This document shows, one piece after another, positions 12,240 through 25,292 of a stretch of DNA of 64,000 nucleotides (within the stretch, counting starts at the first letter, position 1; each line of letters opens with the position of its first letter). This DNA is from Octopus sinensis (Eukaryota). The translations under genes and the position numbers were made by a program. The notes under the pieces were generated by a model, which made no database searches, was not told where the DNA came from, and worked only from the letters and a program-made list of their open reading frames with translations. The stretch covers positions 18,538,001 to 18,602,000 of the forward strand of contig NC_043010.1 of NCBI RefSeq assembly GCF_006345805.1, read 5' to 3'.

Positions 12240-13310
12240 TTCACCACGAAAAACCCCTTGTGGTGACTGAAGAGCAGGCAGGAGAGAAGAAAGGAGTCTG
12301 GGGCTGTACAAAACAGCTCTTCATCAACAAAGTCGTCCTTAAAAGGAAGCGAAACCTGTTGACTGTGTATGACTAGATGATAAGAAGATGTTTGACTCTG
12401 TTCCTTACTTATGGTTAATAGAATCACTCTGCCTTGCTAAGGTTCCAGCTGTTGTAGTCGATGCCATTAAGCGGCTGGCAACAACATGGTCCACAGAGTT
12501 ATCATTTAGAACTGACGATACTACTCCACACTCAATTACAGAATTGGGTTGCCAATAGGAATATCTCAGGGAACGGCTTGCTCTAATGCCTTTTTTGTCC
12601 TAACAGTGATCCCCTTGTCAACCCTGTAAACGAAATGCAACTTCATGATAGGTTCCACTGATGAAAGACAGATTAGTTTCACCTACACCTTATTTGTTGA
12701 TGACCTTAAGTAGTAACCAAGTTATATTCACGACGACAAGAGACAGAACTGGTCAAAACATTCTCAAGAGACATTGGCAGAATAAACTTCCATAAATTAT
12801 TTGGCCCTCCGTCGGTTACAATGACGCGTGTTACAGCTGATCCGATCAGCGGAACAACCTGCTCGAAAATGAATGTACAGTGGCTGTGCACTCCACAGAC
12901 ACGCGTACCCTTAACGTCGTTTTCAAGGAGAATCAGCGTGACACAGAATGCGACAAGGCAGACCCTTTCAAATGCAGGTACAAATTGTGCTAGCTGGCGT
13001 AACGTGAAATAAAGTGTCTTGTCCAAGAACACAACGCGTTGCTAGGTTTCGAACTGACGCCATTACTATACACTCACCATTAAGTCACACACCTTCACAA
13101 TTTTCGTACTCAAACGAATAAAAGGTTGTTGACCAGGCAAAGAATATGGATATCAATGACCAGTCTATCTTCCCTATCACCAATGGCGAATGTTACAGAA
13201 GCCTGAGAATCGACGAGAATGTTGCTCGCTGGTTGTTTAAGTAAAACTTTCAGAAAGACAAAAGAATACTTCGATAGACTTTGGAAAATATGGAAATGAG
13301 GACTGTCTGC
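12240..13310 (+). mobile_element. R4/NeSL-type LINE RT remnant, interrupted by a SINE
   Basis: EEQAGEKKGVWGCTKQLFINK, KKMFDSVPYLWL, TLFVDDLK with stops. Confidence 0.7.
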
Positions 13311-13317
13311 ATACATA

Positions 13318-13749
13318 GGATCTTTTCGGTTTGAACGGCAGTTTTTAACATAATTTCTAGGTAACTAAACACTTTAAAACTTCGTATACTCGTAGAATGT
13401 GTTTATAAAACATCATTTTCTCTTGATTTTACTGAGAAAATTCTATAGTTTGTAAGATATTTGTTGTTTTTTTCTGCAATTTCTGCAATTTCAACCAATC
13501 ACTGACGTCCATTGAGGTAAAAAAAAAAAAACATTCTGCGCCGTATGAATATGTCCCTCGTTTAAGAAACAGATTGGATTTATTTACATTTGTGAAGAAA
13601 AAAGATACCCTTCCCCCCACCCCTAACCCTAACTAACCCTAACCCTAAAACAGATTGAAATGCAATAGATCGATACTAGGGTCATAATTATGGGTGACAA
13701 TTTCATATGACACCGCTAGAAAAAAATGCCGTTCAAACCGAAAAGATTC
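13318..13749. mobile_element. Merlin-like MITE copy 1
   Basis: TIR GGATCTTTTCGGTTTGAACGGCA, 8-bp TSD CATACATA, internal (CCCTAA)n. Confidence 0.75.
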
Positions 13750-14101
13750 CATACATACATACATACATACATACATACATACATACATACATACATACAT
13801 AGGTAAGTACGTTCATACACGCATACTTATACATACACACAAATGCACACACATATCTACATACATAGATACACACGCACACACAAATAAATGCATACAG
13901 ACATATACACATACATACAGTTACATTACATACATGCACGCATACATACGTACACAGACAGACAGGCTGACAGACAAGCGTGCATGCAAGCATACATACT
14001 ATGAAAAGAGGTAAGTAAAACATAAGCAGTGAGGAAGAGTATGAGGTAGTCACACTACGTCGGCTGAAGATTAGTGAGCCTCGATCCCGGTTTGTTGTTT
14101 C

Positions 14102-14115
14102 GTTGCTATAGCAAC
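14102..14115. promoter_or_regulatory. RFX X-box in the DNAAF9 promoter
   Basis: Perfect palindrome GTTGCTATAGCAAC about 135 bp upstream of the ATG of a ciliary gene. Confidence 0.85.
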
Positions 14116-14248
14116 AGAACTACCTGGTGCGCGTTTCAGTCTTCCATTTTGACATTGATTTTTATCTCTCTCTCTTTCTCTGTCTATCTCTCTCACTCTT
14201 TCTCTCTCTCTATCTATCTATCTATCTATCTCCTTTTTTAAAACAAGA

Positions 14249-14271
14249 ATGGATCCCATACCGTTTGTTAG
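14249..14271 (+). CDS. DNAAF9: DNAAF9 exon 1 coding part (MDPIPFV-S)
   Basis: ATG at 14249, donor AG|GTAAGT; phase 2 joins exon 2 to give VSCSRLRQVQ. Confidence 0.75.
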
Positions 14272-14699
14272 GTAAGTGACCTGCTGTTTAGCCCCAAGAA
14301 GGCCGTCAGTAAAATCTTTGTATGTATATATACCAAAGGCTTTCCAGCCATGACTATCCCTTTTGTCGCACACGTAGTGCACTCACACTCATGCATGTAC
14401 GTATGTTGTCACGTATACGTATCTGTTTGTCTGTCCGTTCATTTATGTTCTTATGTACGTTGATATTCAGTTTTATTTCAAGATTTCTTGCGCATAGAGC
14501 AAGAACCGGTTTCTAAGCTTGATCCACGTCTCCTTCATCGGAACTTTAAACAACATCCAGAAATTATTTGTGTGAAGTATTTGGAGTCAGTGCGTGTGCA
14601 GGACTGCATGTTTCGTTTCATGTATACATTCTCATGCATATAATTGCATGTCTAGACCTGCGCATACATACTTAAATGATAAACTTCTGAAAAGTTTCG

Positions 14700-15105
14700 G
14701 GCGCAGGCGTGGCTGCGTGGTAAGAAGCTTGCTTCCCAACAACATGGTTGCGGGTTCAGTTCCACTGTGTAGCACCTTGGGCAAGTGTCTTCTTCTATAG
14801 CCTCCGACTAACCGAAGCCTTGTGAGTGAATTTGGTAGACGGAAACTGAAAGAAGCTCCTCGTGTGTAAGAGAGGAAGGGCTTTTCTTATATATATATAT
14901 ATATGTGTGAGAGTGTTTGTGTCTGTGTTTGTCCCCCACTACCGCTTGACAACCAGTGTTGGTGTGTTTACGTCCAGGTAATATAACGGTTCGGCAAAAG
15001 AGACCGACTGAACAAAACTAAGGCTTAAAATAAGTTCTGGGTTCGATTCGTTCAGCTAAAATTCTTCAAGGGGTCCCTATCAGTCTAATGATGACAGAAA
15101 TAAAA
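14700..15105 (+). mobile_element. tRNA-derived SINE with CORE-like CCTTGGGCAAGT (copies at 2570-3060, 15875-16265, 20050-20405, 37570-38200, 38430-38620)
   Basis: Box A/B head, shared body, internal (GT)n. Confidence 0.8.
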
Positions 15106-15129
15106 GACATTTGGACAATTCCATTGATG

Positions 15130-15745
15130 GCTTGTATCTTGTAATCTCCGAATTAACTTTCTCCATTCTGGTTCTGAGAAACCTAATTTCTGAAGATTGG
15201 TGCTGTTTTTGTTACAAAACCCAGAGTTCCAATAATTACTGGTATAAACCTGAACTTGTAATCTGGAAAGAGTAGGTGTAAGTTTCTCAATAGTTCAGTG
15301 CAGGTGTTGTCTTCCTCGCTGATCTTTAGCTTTATGTTATAGGTTCTCAAAGTGGGTGACCCCCACCCCCACCCCCGTGGGCGGTGAAAGGGTCTAGGTG
15401 GGCACTGGTGTCGGGGGAGGGGGCGGTAGAGAAAAAGGAGGAATTGGGATGAAGGCAGTGGATTGGGGGACGCTATGAATTTATAATATTATTATAATAT
15501 TGTATACAAATTATATAATATTATATTAAATATCAAAAGATTTACAGTATATTTAAATTAGTAAAATATAAAATATTTATTTATATATGAAAATAGGGGT
15601 GGGGCGCTGGGGGTATTTTGTGGCCATGAGGGTGGCTGTGGTCCCAAAACTTTGAGAACCTCTGCTTTATGCTGACATCTGCTGGGCAGGTGATTTCCAC
15701 AACCCTACACACTTCTCTTCACTGTCCCAAGTTAGCCTCACCGAT
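15130..15745 (-). mobile_element. R4/NeSL-type LINE restriction-like endonuclease fragment
   Basis: WDSEEKCVRVVEITCPADV ... LLFPDYKFRFIPVIIGTLGFV split by the hAT MITE. Confidence 0.65.
15338..15664. mobile_element. hAT-like MITE inserted in a LINE fragment
   Basis: TIR AGGTTCTCAAAG / CTTTGAGAACCT, 8-bp TSD CTTTATGT/CTTTATGC. Confidence 0.7.
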
Positions 15746-17800
15746 TATGTCTGCATTTATGTGCATGTTTGTTATTTTTTAGTGGCTTTTTTTTTTAGTT
15801 TTATTTCCCCTTTGCAGAATCCAAGCCGGTCCCTAACAAAGTGACTCGTTTTCTTTTTCTTTTTTGTTTTTTTTTTATCTGTTTCAGTCATTTGACTGCA
15901 GGCATGTTGGAGCACCGCCTTTAGTCAAACAGATCGACCTCAGGATTTATTTTTTTTGTAAGCCTAGTACTTATTCTATCAATCACTTTTGCCGAACTGC
16001 TAAGTTACAGAGATGTAAACACACCAGCATCGGTTGTCAAGCGATGTTGGGGGGACAAACACACACACACACACAAACATATACCTATACACACACATAT
16101 ACATATGTGTGTGTATACGACGGGCTTCTTCCAGTTTCTGTCAACCAAATCCACACACAAGGTTTTGGTCGGCTTGAGGCTATAGTAGAAGACACTTGCC
16201 CAAGGTACCATGCAGTGGGACTGAACCCGGAACCATGTGATTGATAAGCAATCTACTTACCACACATATCACTGAGTTTATGTGTGTGAATTAACTTAAG
16301 CTCTTCTGATGAGTCTTCAAGTCACTTGAGAACATGAGTGTATCTTTCTTTACTGTTTCTGTATGTGTGTGTGAGTGTGTTTCAGAATGTGTATGTGTGG
16401 TTGAGTGCATGTATTTAGTCCCTGGAACATTTCTGGACAACTTCTGATGTCATTGGTCTGGCTCCTATTGTGTGGTGTCCTCATCTTGGTTGTTACTTTG
16501 CACTATGTTTTGGCTGTGTTCTTCAGGTGTCTTGTGATTTACCTTAGTGCCTTGTCTGGAATTGAACTAAGAACCTCTAGCTAACTGCACTACATTAACT
16601 AATGCCTTTATCCACCATGCTATGCCTATATGCAGTGTCAGGGTGAATTTCTAAGGCTTATAAAATTCCATTAATGTCCTATATCATCTCCATATTATCC
16701 AGTCAGTACAGAGTGGACATAAGACATGTTCCAACACTGGTCAGTCGGTCAGTCCAACCACCCTTAGGTTGCTTTGTTATCATAAATGTTTGGCACTGAA
16801 ATACAAATAGTTGGGGCTGTTTTAGATCCCTGTTATCCTTCATTATTTTCATTTAGCTAATCGAGGGATCTTTCCAAACTTTTTATAGAATTGACCTTAG
16901 AAATCTCAATCCAGTTCCAAAGTTCTGTGACCTGCAAAAGCTGATTCCAGTCTCCTGTCCAACCATGGTGCATTTAGTCATAATTCCACATATTGACCAG
17001 TGGTTGAGTTTCTCCTCTTCATTACTGCTATGATCTTTTGCCAAAAAAGGGCGATTCTTCACATTCATCCAAAGAAGATAACCAATTTTTTACCATGCTT
17101 GATTTCGTGGCAAAAATGTTGACCAATAATATACTTTATATGAAAGATGAATAGTCACCTTATGCCAATGTGATTGATTTTGGCATTACATTTGTGCACA
17201 TATGTCTGTCTGTCTGTATGTATGTATGTATGCGCATCTATGTATGAATGTATGTCTGAGCGTATGTATGCATGCGTATGTATGTATGCATACATGTATG
17301 TATGCATGCATGTATGTATGTCTGTGCATATGTATGCATATGCATGTATGTATTATGTATGTATGCATGATGTATGTAGTATGTATGTATGTCTGTACGT
17401 ATGTATGTATGCATGCATATGTATGTATGCATGCATGTATGTATGTATGTATGCATGCATATGTATGTTTGTATGTATGCATGCATATGTATGTATGTAT
17501 GTATGTATGTGTGTGTGTATATATGTTTGTATGTATGTATGCATATGTATGTATGTATGCATGCATGCATGTATGTATGCATATGCATGTATGTATGTGT
17601 GTGTATGTATGTATGTGTGTGTGTATGTATGTATGTATGTGTATGTGTATATATGTTTGTATGTATGCATGCATATGTATGTATGTATGCATGCATGCAT
17701 GTATGTATGCATATGCATGTATGTATGTATGTATGTGCTAACATATCCTTGTGCGAATGTACACACACATCTCATAAACTCATCCATCTTCATCTTCCAG

Positions 17801-17868
17801 TTGCAGTCGTCTTAGACAAGTCCAACAACTCCTTGGTGGTGAATTAGATGCTGTCTTGTGTATTACAG
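17801..17868 (+). CDS. DNAAF9: DNAAF9 exon 2 (SCSRLRQVQQLLGGELDAVLCITG)
   Basis: cttccag| ... ACAG|gtgagt; strong motif match. Confidence 0.92.
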
Positions 17869-17924
17869 GTGAGTATTACAGTAGGTGTGTACCATCACAA
17901 GTGAGTATCACAACAGGTATCATC

Positions 17925-18288
17925 CAATTCTATATTTAAGAGATGAGGAATTATTTACATTATTTACATTTTACAGATATTTGTCCTCATCTTGTTTGTT
18001 GTTAACACAACATTTCGGCTGATATACCCTCCAGCCTTCATCAGTTGTCTTGGGGAAATTTCGAACCTGGGTTCTCATTCCTAAGGTATTTTTTGAAGTT
18101 GTTGTTGTTGTTGGTGGTGGTGGTGGTGGTGGTGGTGGTGTTGAAGTGTATAAAGGTGACACTGGAATTCCTCTTCACTTTGATCCCATCCTTAGGTGAG
18201 CAAATGGGGCATATGGCATAGTGGTTAAGAGTGCGTGCTCTTAACCCCAAGATTCCAAGTTCAATTCCAGGCAGTGACCTGAATAATA

Positions 18289-18323
<35 letters not shown>

Positions 18324-18485
18324 TAATAGTAACATCGAAAAATACCTTAGGAATGAGAACCCTGGTTCGAAATTTCCCCAAGACATCTGATGAAGGCTGG
18401 AGGGTATATCAGCCAAAAGGTTGTGTTAACAATGAACAAGATGAGGACAAATATCCATCAACTGCAAATACTGTAAATAATGTAC
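17925..18485. mobile_element. Inverted pair of tRNA-head/hammerhead SINE-like elements
   Basis: Forward unit 18206-18485 (box A/B head, (AAT)n, Penelope-like tail); inverted tail copy 17925-18097. Confidence 0.7.
18004..18049 (-). ncRNA. Minimal hammerhead motif within the tRNA-headed element
   Basis: gacaa-CTGATGA-a-ggctg[10]cagcc-GAAA-tg-TT-gtgtt. Confidence 0.55.
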
Positions 18486-18615
18486 CAATTAATTATGTCC
18501 TGATGTAATTACTAATTAAACTCCCTGACTTCAGTTGTTGTAGTTCTTTATAAATATTTGGTATTTATCTGTTTCAATCTTTCCTTCTCTCTCTTTCTCT
18601 CGGTCTCCATTCAAG

Positions 18616-18706
18616 GTATTGACAGTTTATATAACAAAGGTTGTCATCAATTGTCAAAATACCTCTTCTTTGATGCCTTTGATCAGAAGCAGACAGACAG
18701 CAAGAG
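18616..18706 (+). CDS. DNAAF9: DNAAF9 exon 3 (GIDSLYNKGCHQLSKYLFFDAFDQKQTDSK)
   Basis: ttcaag| ... GAG|gtaagt; matches GIDSRYNEGC motif. Confidence 0.92.
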
Positions 18707-19589
18707 GTAAGTGTTTGTCTTTTTAATCTCTTGGAAATCCTTTGGGATTTATAGCATCCAACCACAATCACCACTACGGTGATGGAGTCAGGAAAGTGTG
18801 GTACATGTCTATAATATTCAGGTCTCTCACTCGATACACTCACACATACAAGGTCTAATCCAAAAATATGAAGACTGTTGCTATGGTAACAGAGCTAAGG
18901 TACGTACTCAGAGAGAAGCCGTTTGGCACAGATTGACTGAGGACTCTTTCATGCATAGACACTAAGTTTTTACATTCTTACTCATTTCTCTTGTTTAGAG
19001 CAGTGAATAGAAGTCAAGTGTGTTGGGTGTTTTGTGGCCCAACACCCAGGTGCGACCGACAATCATGGCTTTGTTTACATGTACAAGCTCTGAAATTGCC
19101 ACAGTTATCCCCTCTTCTCACAGTGGGGAACGTGGTCCCAAGGATTAGGTCAGGTTTCTAAGCCATTCATGGTTTCACCATTCATTTACGGCATGAACTT
19201 AGCCCCTGCATGGTTTAAGCTTTGAGCCCAACATATGACTGGTACTAATGGGCCAAAAGAAAAACTGAGAATGGGATGAGCTGTAGTGTACGAGAGTGAC
19301 AACTATGTTGAGATGAGAATGGGTTGGACACGAAAAATGGTAGAGAGCGAAAGCTGGGAAAGATTTGGAAGGAAATGAGGAAGACGGCAATGAACACACA
19401 TACACACACACACAAATACTCACACAACAGAAACATATACACATATATGTACAATGATGTAATATTCATATGCATACAAAAGCAGTCTTGTATAACAAAG
19501 GCACATATATACACGCACAATGTAAAATCCACATACATCAATATATATATGTATATATATATAATGTATGTATATGTATATCATATATA

Positions 19590-19654
<65 letters not shown>

Positions 19655-20945
19655 TATACCTTTTATTTTATATACGTATACCAGTGCCAGCTGACTAGTC
19701 CTGTACTAGTGGCACGTAAAAAGCACCATTCGAGCATGATCATTGCCAGTGCCACCTGACTGGTTCCTCTGCTGGTGGCATGTAAAAAGCATCCACTACA
19801 CTCTCGGAGTGGTTGGTGTTAGGAAGGGCATCCAGCTGTAGAAACCTTGCCAAATCAGATAGGAGCCTGGTGCAGCCTTCTGGCTTGCCAGTCTCCAGTC
19901 AAACCATCCAACCCATGCCAGCATGGAAAGTGGATGTAAACGATGATGATGATTAATGATATATATATATATGACATATATATATATATAATATATATAT
20001 ATTATATATATATATAATATATATTTATTTATTTATGTATATATATATATATCTTTTATCTCTTACTTGTTTCAGTCATCAGAATGTGGCCATACTGAAG
20101 CACCACCTTGAAGCATTTTAGTCGTACAAATTGACCCTATGACTCGTTTTTTCTTTAAGCCTAAAACTTATTCTATCACTCTCTTTTGCTAAACCACTAA
20201 ATAGTGGGGACATAAGCACACCAACATCGGTTGTCAAGCATGGGAAGCAAACACACACACAGAGTTTCCATCTACTAAATCCTCTGATAAAGTTCTGGTC
20301 AGCTCAAGGCTATAGTAGAAAACATTTGCCCAAGGTTCCATGCTGTAGGACTGAACCTGTAACCATGGAGTTGGGAAACAAATGTCTTACCACCCAGCCA
20401 TGCCACAACCACTTGGCCAATAGAGATATTTACTACACCACCACCATCACTAGCATTAACTTTACATACATCATGGAAACCTTACATACATCAAAGCTGA
20501 AAGGTACACACAAGATGTGGCCCTTCAGTCGATCAAGAAGGAGAAAGACTCCAAATAAAGAACTGATTCAGGGCATCACAACCCATCCATGCCAGGATGG
20601 AAATCAGATTTAGATGACAACGACACTGATGAAGACAATTATGACAAACACAAGAATGACTACGAGGTGATGGAGGGGGGAGGCTTTCACCTTTAAACAC
20701 TCAGGACATTACAGGACATGCAGAGAGAGCTGGAGGTGGTGGTGGGGTGCAGGCAACACTGGACTGTTAGTTTACTTATTGATGATAAAAGTGAAGTTGG
20801 ATTTAATGGGATTTGAACTCATAGTACAGGGGATCAGAACAAATGTCACAATGCCTTCTATCAGACATTCTAACAACTATGCCAATCAGTCACTTCATAT
20901 GTATGTGTGTGTATACATGTGTATGCATATATGAATGTGTGTGTG

Positions 20946-21009
<64 letters not shown>

Positions 21010-21298
21010 ATATAATATATTATATATTATATATATATATATAATATATATATATGTATATATAATATATATATTATATATATATATAATATATATATAT
21101 ATATATTATATATATATATATAGATATATAATATATATACACATAAGGTAAATGTGTTGACACTGCCGGATTGAATGGTACTGCCCAGGTGTCGAAACCA
21201 TAATGACATCCATGAGGCAGCTGATGATGGAGGTATGTTGGATTGTTGGTATAGCTGTTTTTGTATGTGGAATAGTACTATAACACATCCTTTTGATG

Positions 21299-21329
<31 letters not shown>

Positions 21330-21550
21330 ATGGATGTATATATTATGTGTCATATATATATGTATATATATGTGTGCGTGTGTGTGTATGTATGTATATA
21401 TATATATGTGTGTGTATGTGTGTGCATGTATGTGTGCATGTGTATGTGCATATATATATATATATATATACATACATGCCCACATACATACACACCACAC
21501 ACAGGCACACACACACATAAATGTATATATATATATATATATATACATAC

Positions 21551-21583
<33 letters not shown>

Positions 21584-21874
21584 TATATATAGACATACAT
21601 ACATATATATATACAAATACTTTATTAATAAAGCTGCCTGGAAAGGCCTCACAAAAACTGTTACTCAGAATTTCACGTTCCCTTTCGTCGGGAACATGAA
21701 ACTGTGAGTAATAGTTTTCGTGGTGTCTTTGCAGCTTTATCAATAAAAGAGTTTTACTCTACCACCGGTATTCAAGTACTATGTTTTTTCCACCTTGTTT
21801 CACGTTAAAGTGCTTACTCTGGTATGTGTGTGTGTGTGTGTTTGTATTATGTAAACATATATGGATCCATATAC

Positions 21875-21929
<55 letters not shown>

Positions 21930-22329
21930 ATATATACCTAGATAGATAGAGATACATACACGTGTACATACATACACATAATCACACATACACACACAGA
22001 GACACACATAAATACACATTCTTATATAAATATTTATTTCCCTATGTTTATCTTTTACCTAATGTCATTAATATAGTTAATAATTTCGTCTTTAATAATT
22101 AATTAAATTTGTCGATTTTCCCCACCATTTCCACTAACCCCCATCACATCTTAATTGTATCAATACCAATCACCACTAACGACATCATCACCTCCAATGT
22201 TCCCCCCCCCACCACCACCACCCCAACCATCAAGCCTTCCATCACGCATACTTCCTCTCTAGACAATGGAATCTAATGTCAGAATGATTTGTGGACTTAA
22301 CAGTCATTTAATATATACATGTATATATA

Positions 22330-22370
<41 letters not shown>

Positions 22371-22371
22371 T

Positions 22372-22417
<46 letters not shown>

Positions 22418-22944
22418 TATATACATATATATGTATATATATACATATATATATATATATGTATATACATACATATATATATATACATATACATATATAT
22501 ATATATATATTGAATGTATATCTTATATATGTATATGTGTATGTGTGTATATATATATGTGTGTGTGTGTGTACATATATGTGTATGTATGTGTATGTAT
22601 ATATATACATACACATACATACACACACACACACATATATATATATACATACACACACATATATATACACACATACATATATACACGTATATATGACATA
22701 CATAATATATATATTCACTTTCTTTACATCACACCTAACACTCGATACATACATACATACATACATACATACATGCATGCATACATACATACATACATAC
22801 ATGCATGCATGCATGCATGTATGTATGTATATATTATGTATCGTCAGTGAATCATACATCCAGAAAAAACACTAAAGAATAGAGCAGTAGATACAGTATA
22901 TATATACATATATACATTATGTGCCTGTGTGTATATAAGTATGG

Positions 22945-23143
22945 GTGGGGGCTGAAAAGTTGCTGGTTTTGGGTAAAAGAAAATATGGGAGGATCAGTTA
23001 ATTAGGATTTTAATCAACATGTCAGATTCACACACTTATTGCTGTGGTCCTTTGGTTTTTCTAAGCCCTGTAAAAGAACTCAAGACTGGTGGGCCTCCAG
23101 CCAGGCCTTTCGAGATACCCCTAAAACCAGGAATTTTTCAGCA
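22945..23143. mobile_element. Mariner-type MITE (second copy at 32200-32402)
   Basis: TIR GCTGAAAAGTTCCTGG...; two related copies of about 200 bp. Confidence 0.65.
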
Positions 23144-23144
23144 T

Positions 23145-23175
<31 letters not shown>

Positions 23176-23305
23176 ATTGCTTTGAACAGCAAACTATTAT
23201 GTTTATACTCATATTGAATTTATATATACTTGTATGTATCTGTTTGTGTGTATGTGAGTGTGTGCATGCACGCGTGTATACACACACTCACACACACACC
23301 ATATA

Positions 23306-23346
<41 letters not shown>

Positions 23347-23639
23347 TATTATATATATATATATGCAAGCATAGACACACTTACACACACATACAACATT
23401 GTTTTAATGTTTACTTTCCCATACTTGTTTGAATTGAAACAGATTTTTCTCAGGCTGGATGCTTTTCCTGCCACCAACTCTTACCCGTTTCCAAGCAAGG
23501 CAATATTCCTTGCATGGTCAAACATGTTTTCACAGGAGGTGAGAAACAAATGGCACTGCTTATACGACAGTGACACTCACTTACAGCTATTACATGATGT
23601 GAAGAAAAGGATGCATAAACACACACACACATACATACA

Positions 23640-24045
23640 CAGAGCAGAAGTTCTACCATTGCACCAACCATCTTACAAACAATAACTCTGAGCACCTTTT
23701 CAAACTCCACTCGTCTAACACCCATGGACATGTTTACAAAGTCAGAAAACAGCACAGCTCCCATGACTTTCGGAAACATTTTTTCACGCTAAGAGTTGCT
23801 GAAGCATGGAACAAACTGCCGGCATCAGTTGTTAGTTGTTGGAACACTGCATCCTTCAAAGCTTCCATGCTTCCTAAGATTCGCCAACTCTACACCTGAT
23901 TTTCTCCCCTCCATACACATGCAAGCATGTATCTGACTCATACACTGTTCGCTTCCCAGACATTTGTACATTACTGCATATACTTTATATGCACTTTTGA
24001 CAAATTGTGGGGCACCTGAGCACTGTATACAATAATTTCATTATT
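23640..24045 (+). mobile_element. CR1-type LINE 3' fragment
   Basis: HGHVYKVRKQHSSHDFRKHFFTLRVAEAWNKLPASVV. Confidence 0.75.
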
Positions 24046-24330
24046 TTTATTTTTTAATCCTTCAAATTGTTCCATCCATTTTAGAAGCTTTCTTCTCTTT
24101 ATTAATTCATAAGAGTTAATAAACTTTGAGAGAATGAGAAATAATTTATTCTTAACAGTGGAAATTGAAATAGATAAAACTATAATTGTTTACAGAAGAT
24201 GTGGGTTTGAATCCAACAAGCAGTTTTTGACTTTATTTCATCCTAGGGTTTTTTTAACCTGATATCTACACTCTGTTATTTATAGCTTTATCCACTTCAA
24301 GGCAGATCATTCCAAAAAGAATTATTTCAC

Positions 24331-25292
24331 ATTGATAGCTTCCGTTACCTAGGTGACCAAGTCTGTAGTGGGGGCGAATACTCAGAGAGTGTTACCACTA
24401 GAATAAGAATAGCCTGGGCATAGTTCAAAAAGCTTCTACCCCTACTGGTGACGAAGGGCCTCTCACTCAGAGTGAAAGGTAGACTGTATGATGCATGTGT
24501 GCAAACTGCCCTGCTTCACGGCAGTGAAACATGGGCCATGACTGCAGAGGACATGCATAGGCTTGAAAGAAATGAAGCTAGCATGATCCGCTGGATGTGT
24601 AATGTCAGTGTGCACGCACGACAGAGTGTAAGCACCCTGAAAAAAATGTTGGACATAAGAAGCAGCGGATGTGGCATGCAAGAGAGACGTTTGCGTTGGT
24701 AAGGTCATGTACTAAGGATGGATGAGGAGAGATGTGTGAAGAAGTACCACTCCAAACAGTTGAAGGATTCCGGGGTAGAGGTAGACCCAGGAAGATATGG
24801 GATGAGGTGGTGAAGCATGACCTTTGAATGCTGGGCCTCACAGAGGCAATGACAAAAGACCGAGACCTCTAGAGATATGCTGTGACTAAGAAGACCTGGC
24901 AAATAAAGTGAGTTCCCAGCTGTAACCTACACCAGTATCACATAACCAGCCCACTCAAAAGTACCTTGGATTGTAGGGTGACCTGCTGTACTTGAGGAGA
25001 CCTATTGAGTCAAGTACATCAACATCAAAATCAAAATAAAATCAAATGGAAATTGTAGTTGTGGTCCCTGTGTCAGTGGCATGTAAAAAGCACCATCTGA
25101 ATGTGGGCGATGCCAGCACCGTCTTGACTGGCTCGGAGTGATTGGCGTTAGGAAGGGCATCCAGATGTAGAAACACTGCCAGATCAGACAGGAATCTGGT
25201 GCAGCTTCCTGGCTTCCCAGAACCTGGCTGAACTGTCCAACCCATGCTAGCATGGAAAACGGACGTTAAACGATAATGATGATGGTGATGAT
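24331..25292 (+). mobile_element. RTE-type LINE 3' fragment with 3' UTR
   Basis: KGRLYDACV...HGSETW...RLRW, GRPRKIW; tail (GAT)n. Confidence 0.85.

Noticed and set aside
15818-15840. Candidate 23-nt exon in DNAAF9 intron 1
   Set aside because: Introduces a TAA and breaks the phase; exons 1 and 2 join correctly without it.
18206-18280. tRNA-like sequences here and at other SINE heads called as tRNA genes
   Set aside because: Broken acceptor and T stems, and continuous with repeat bodies; these are SINE heads.
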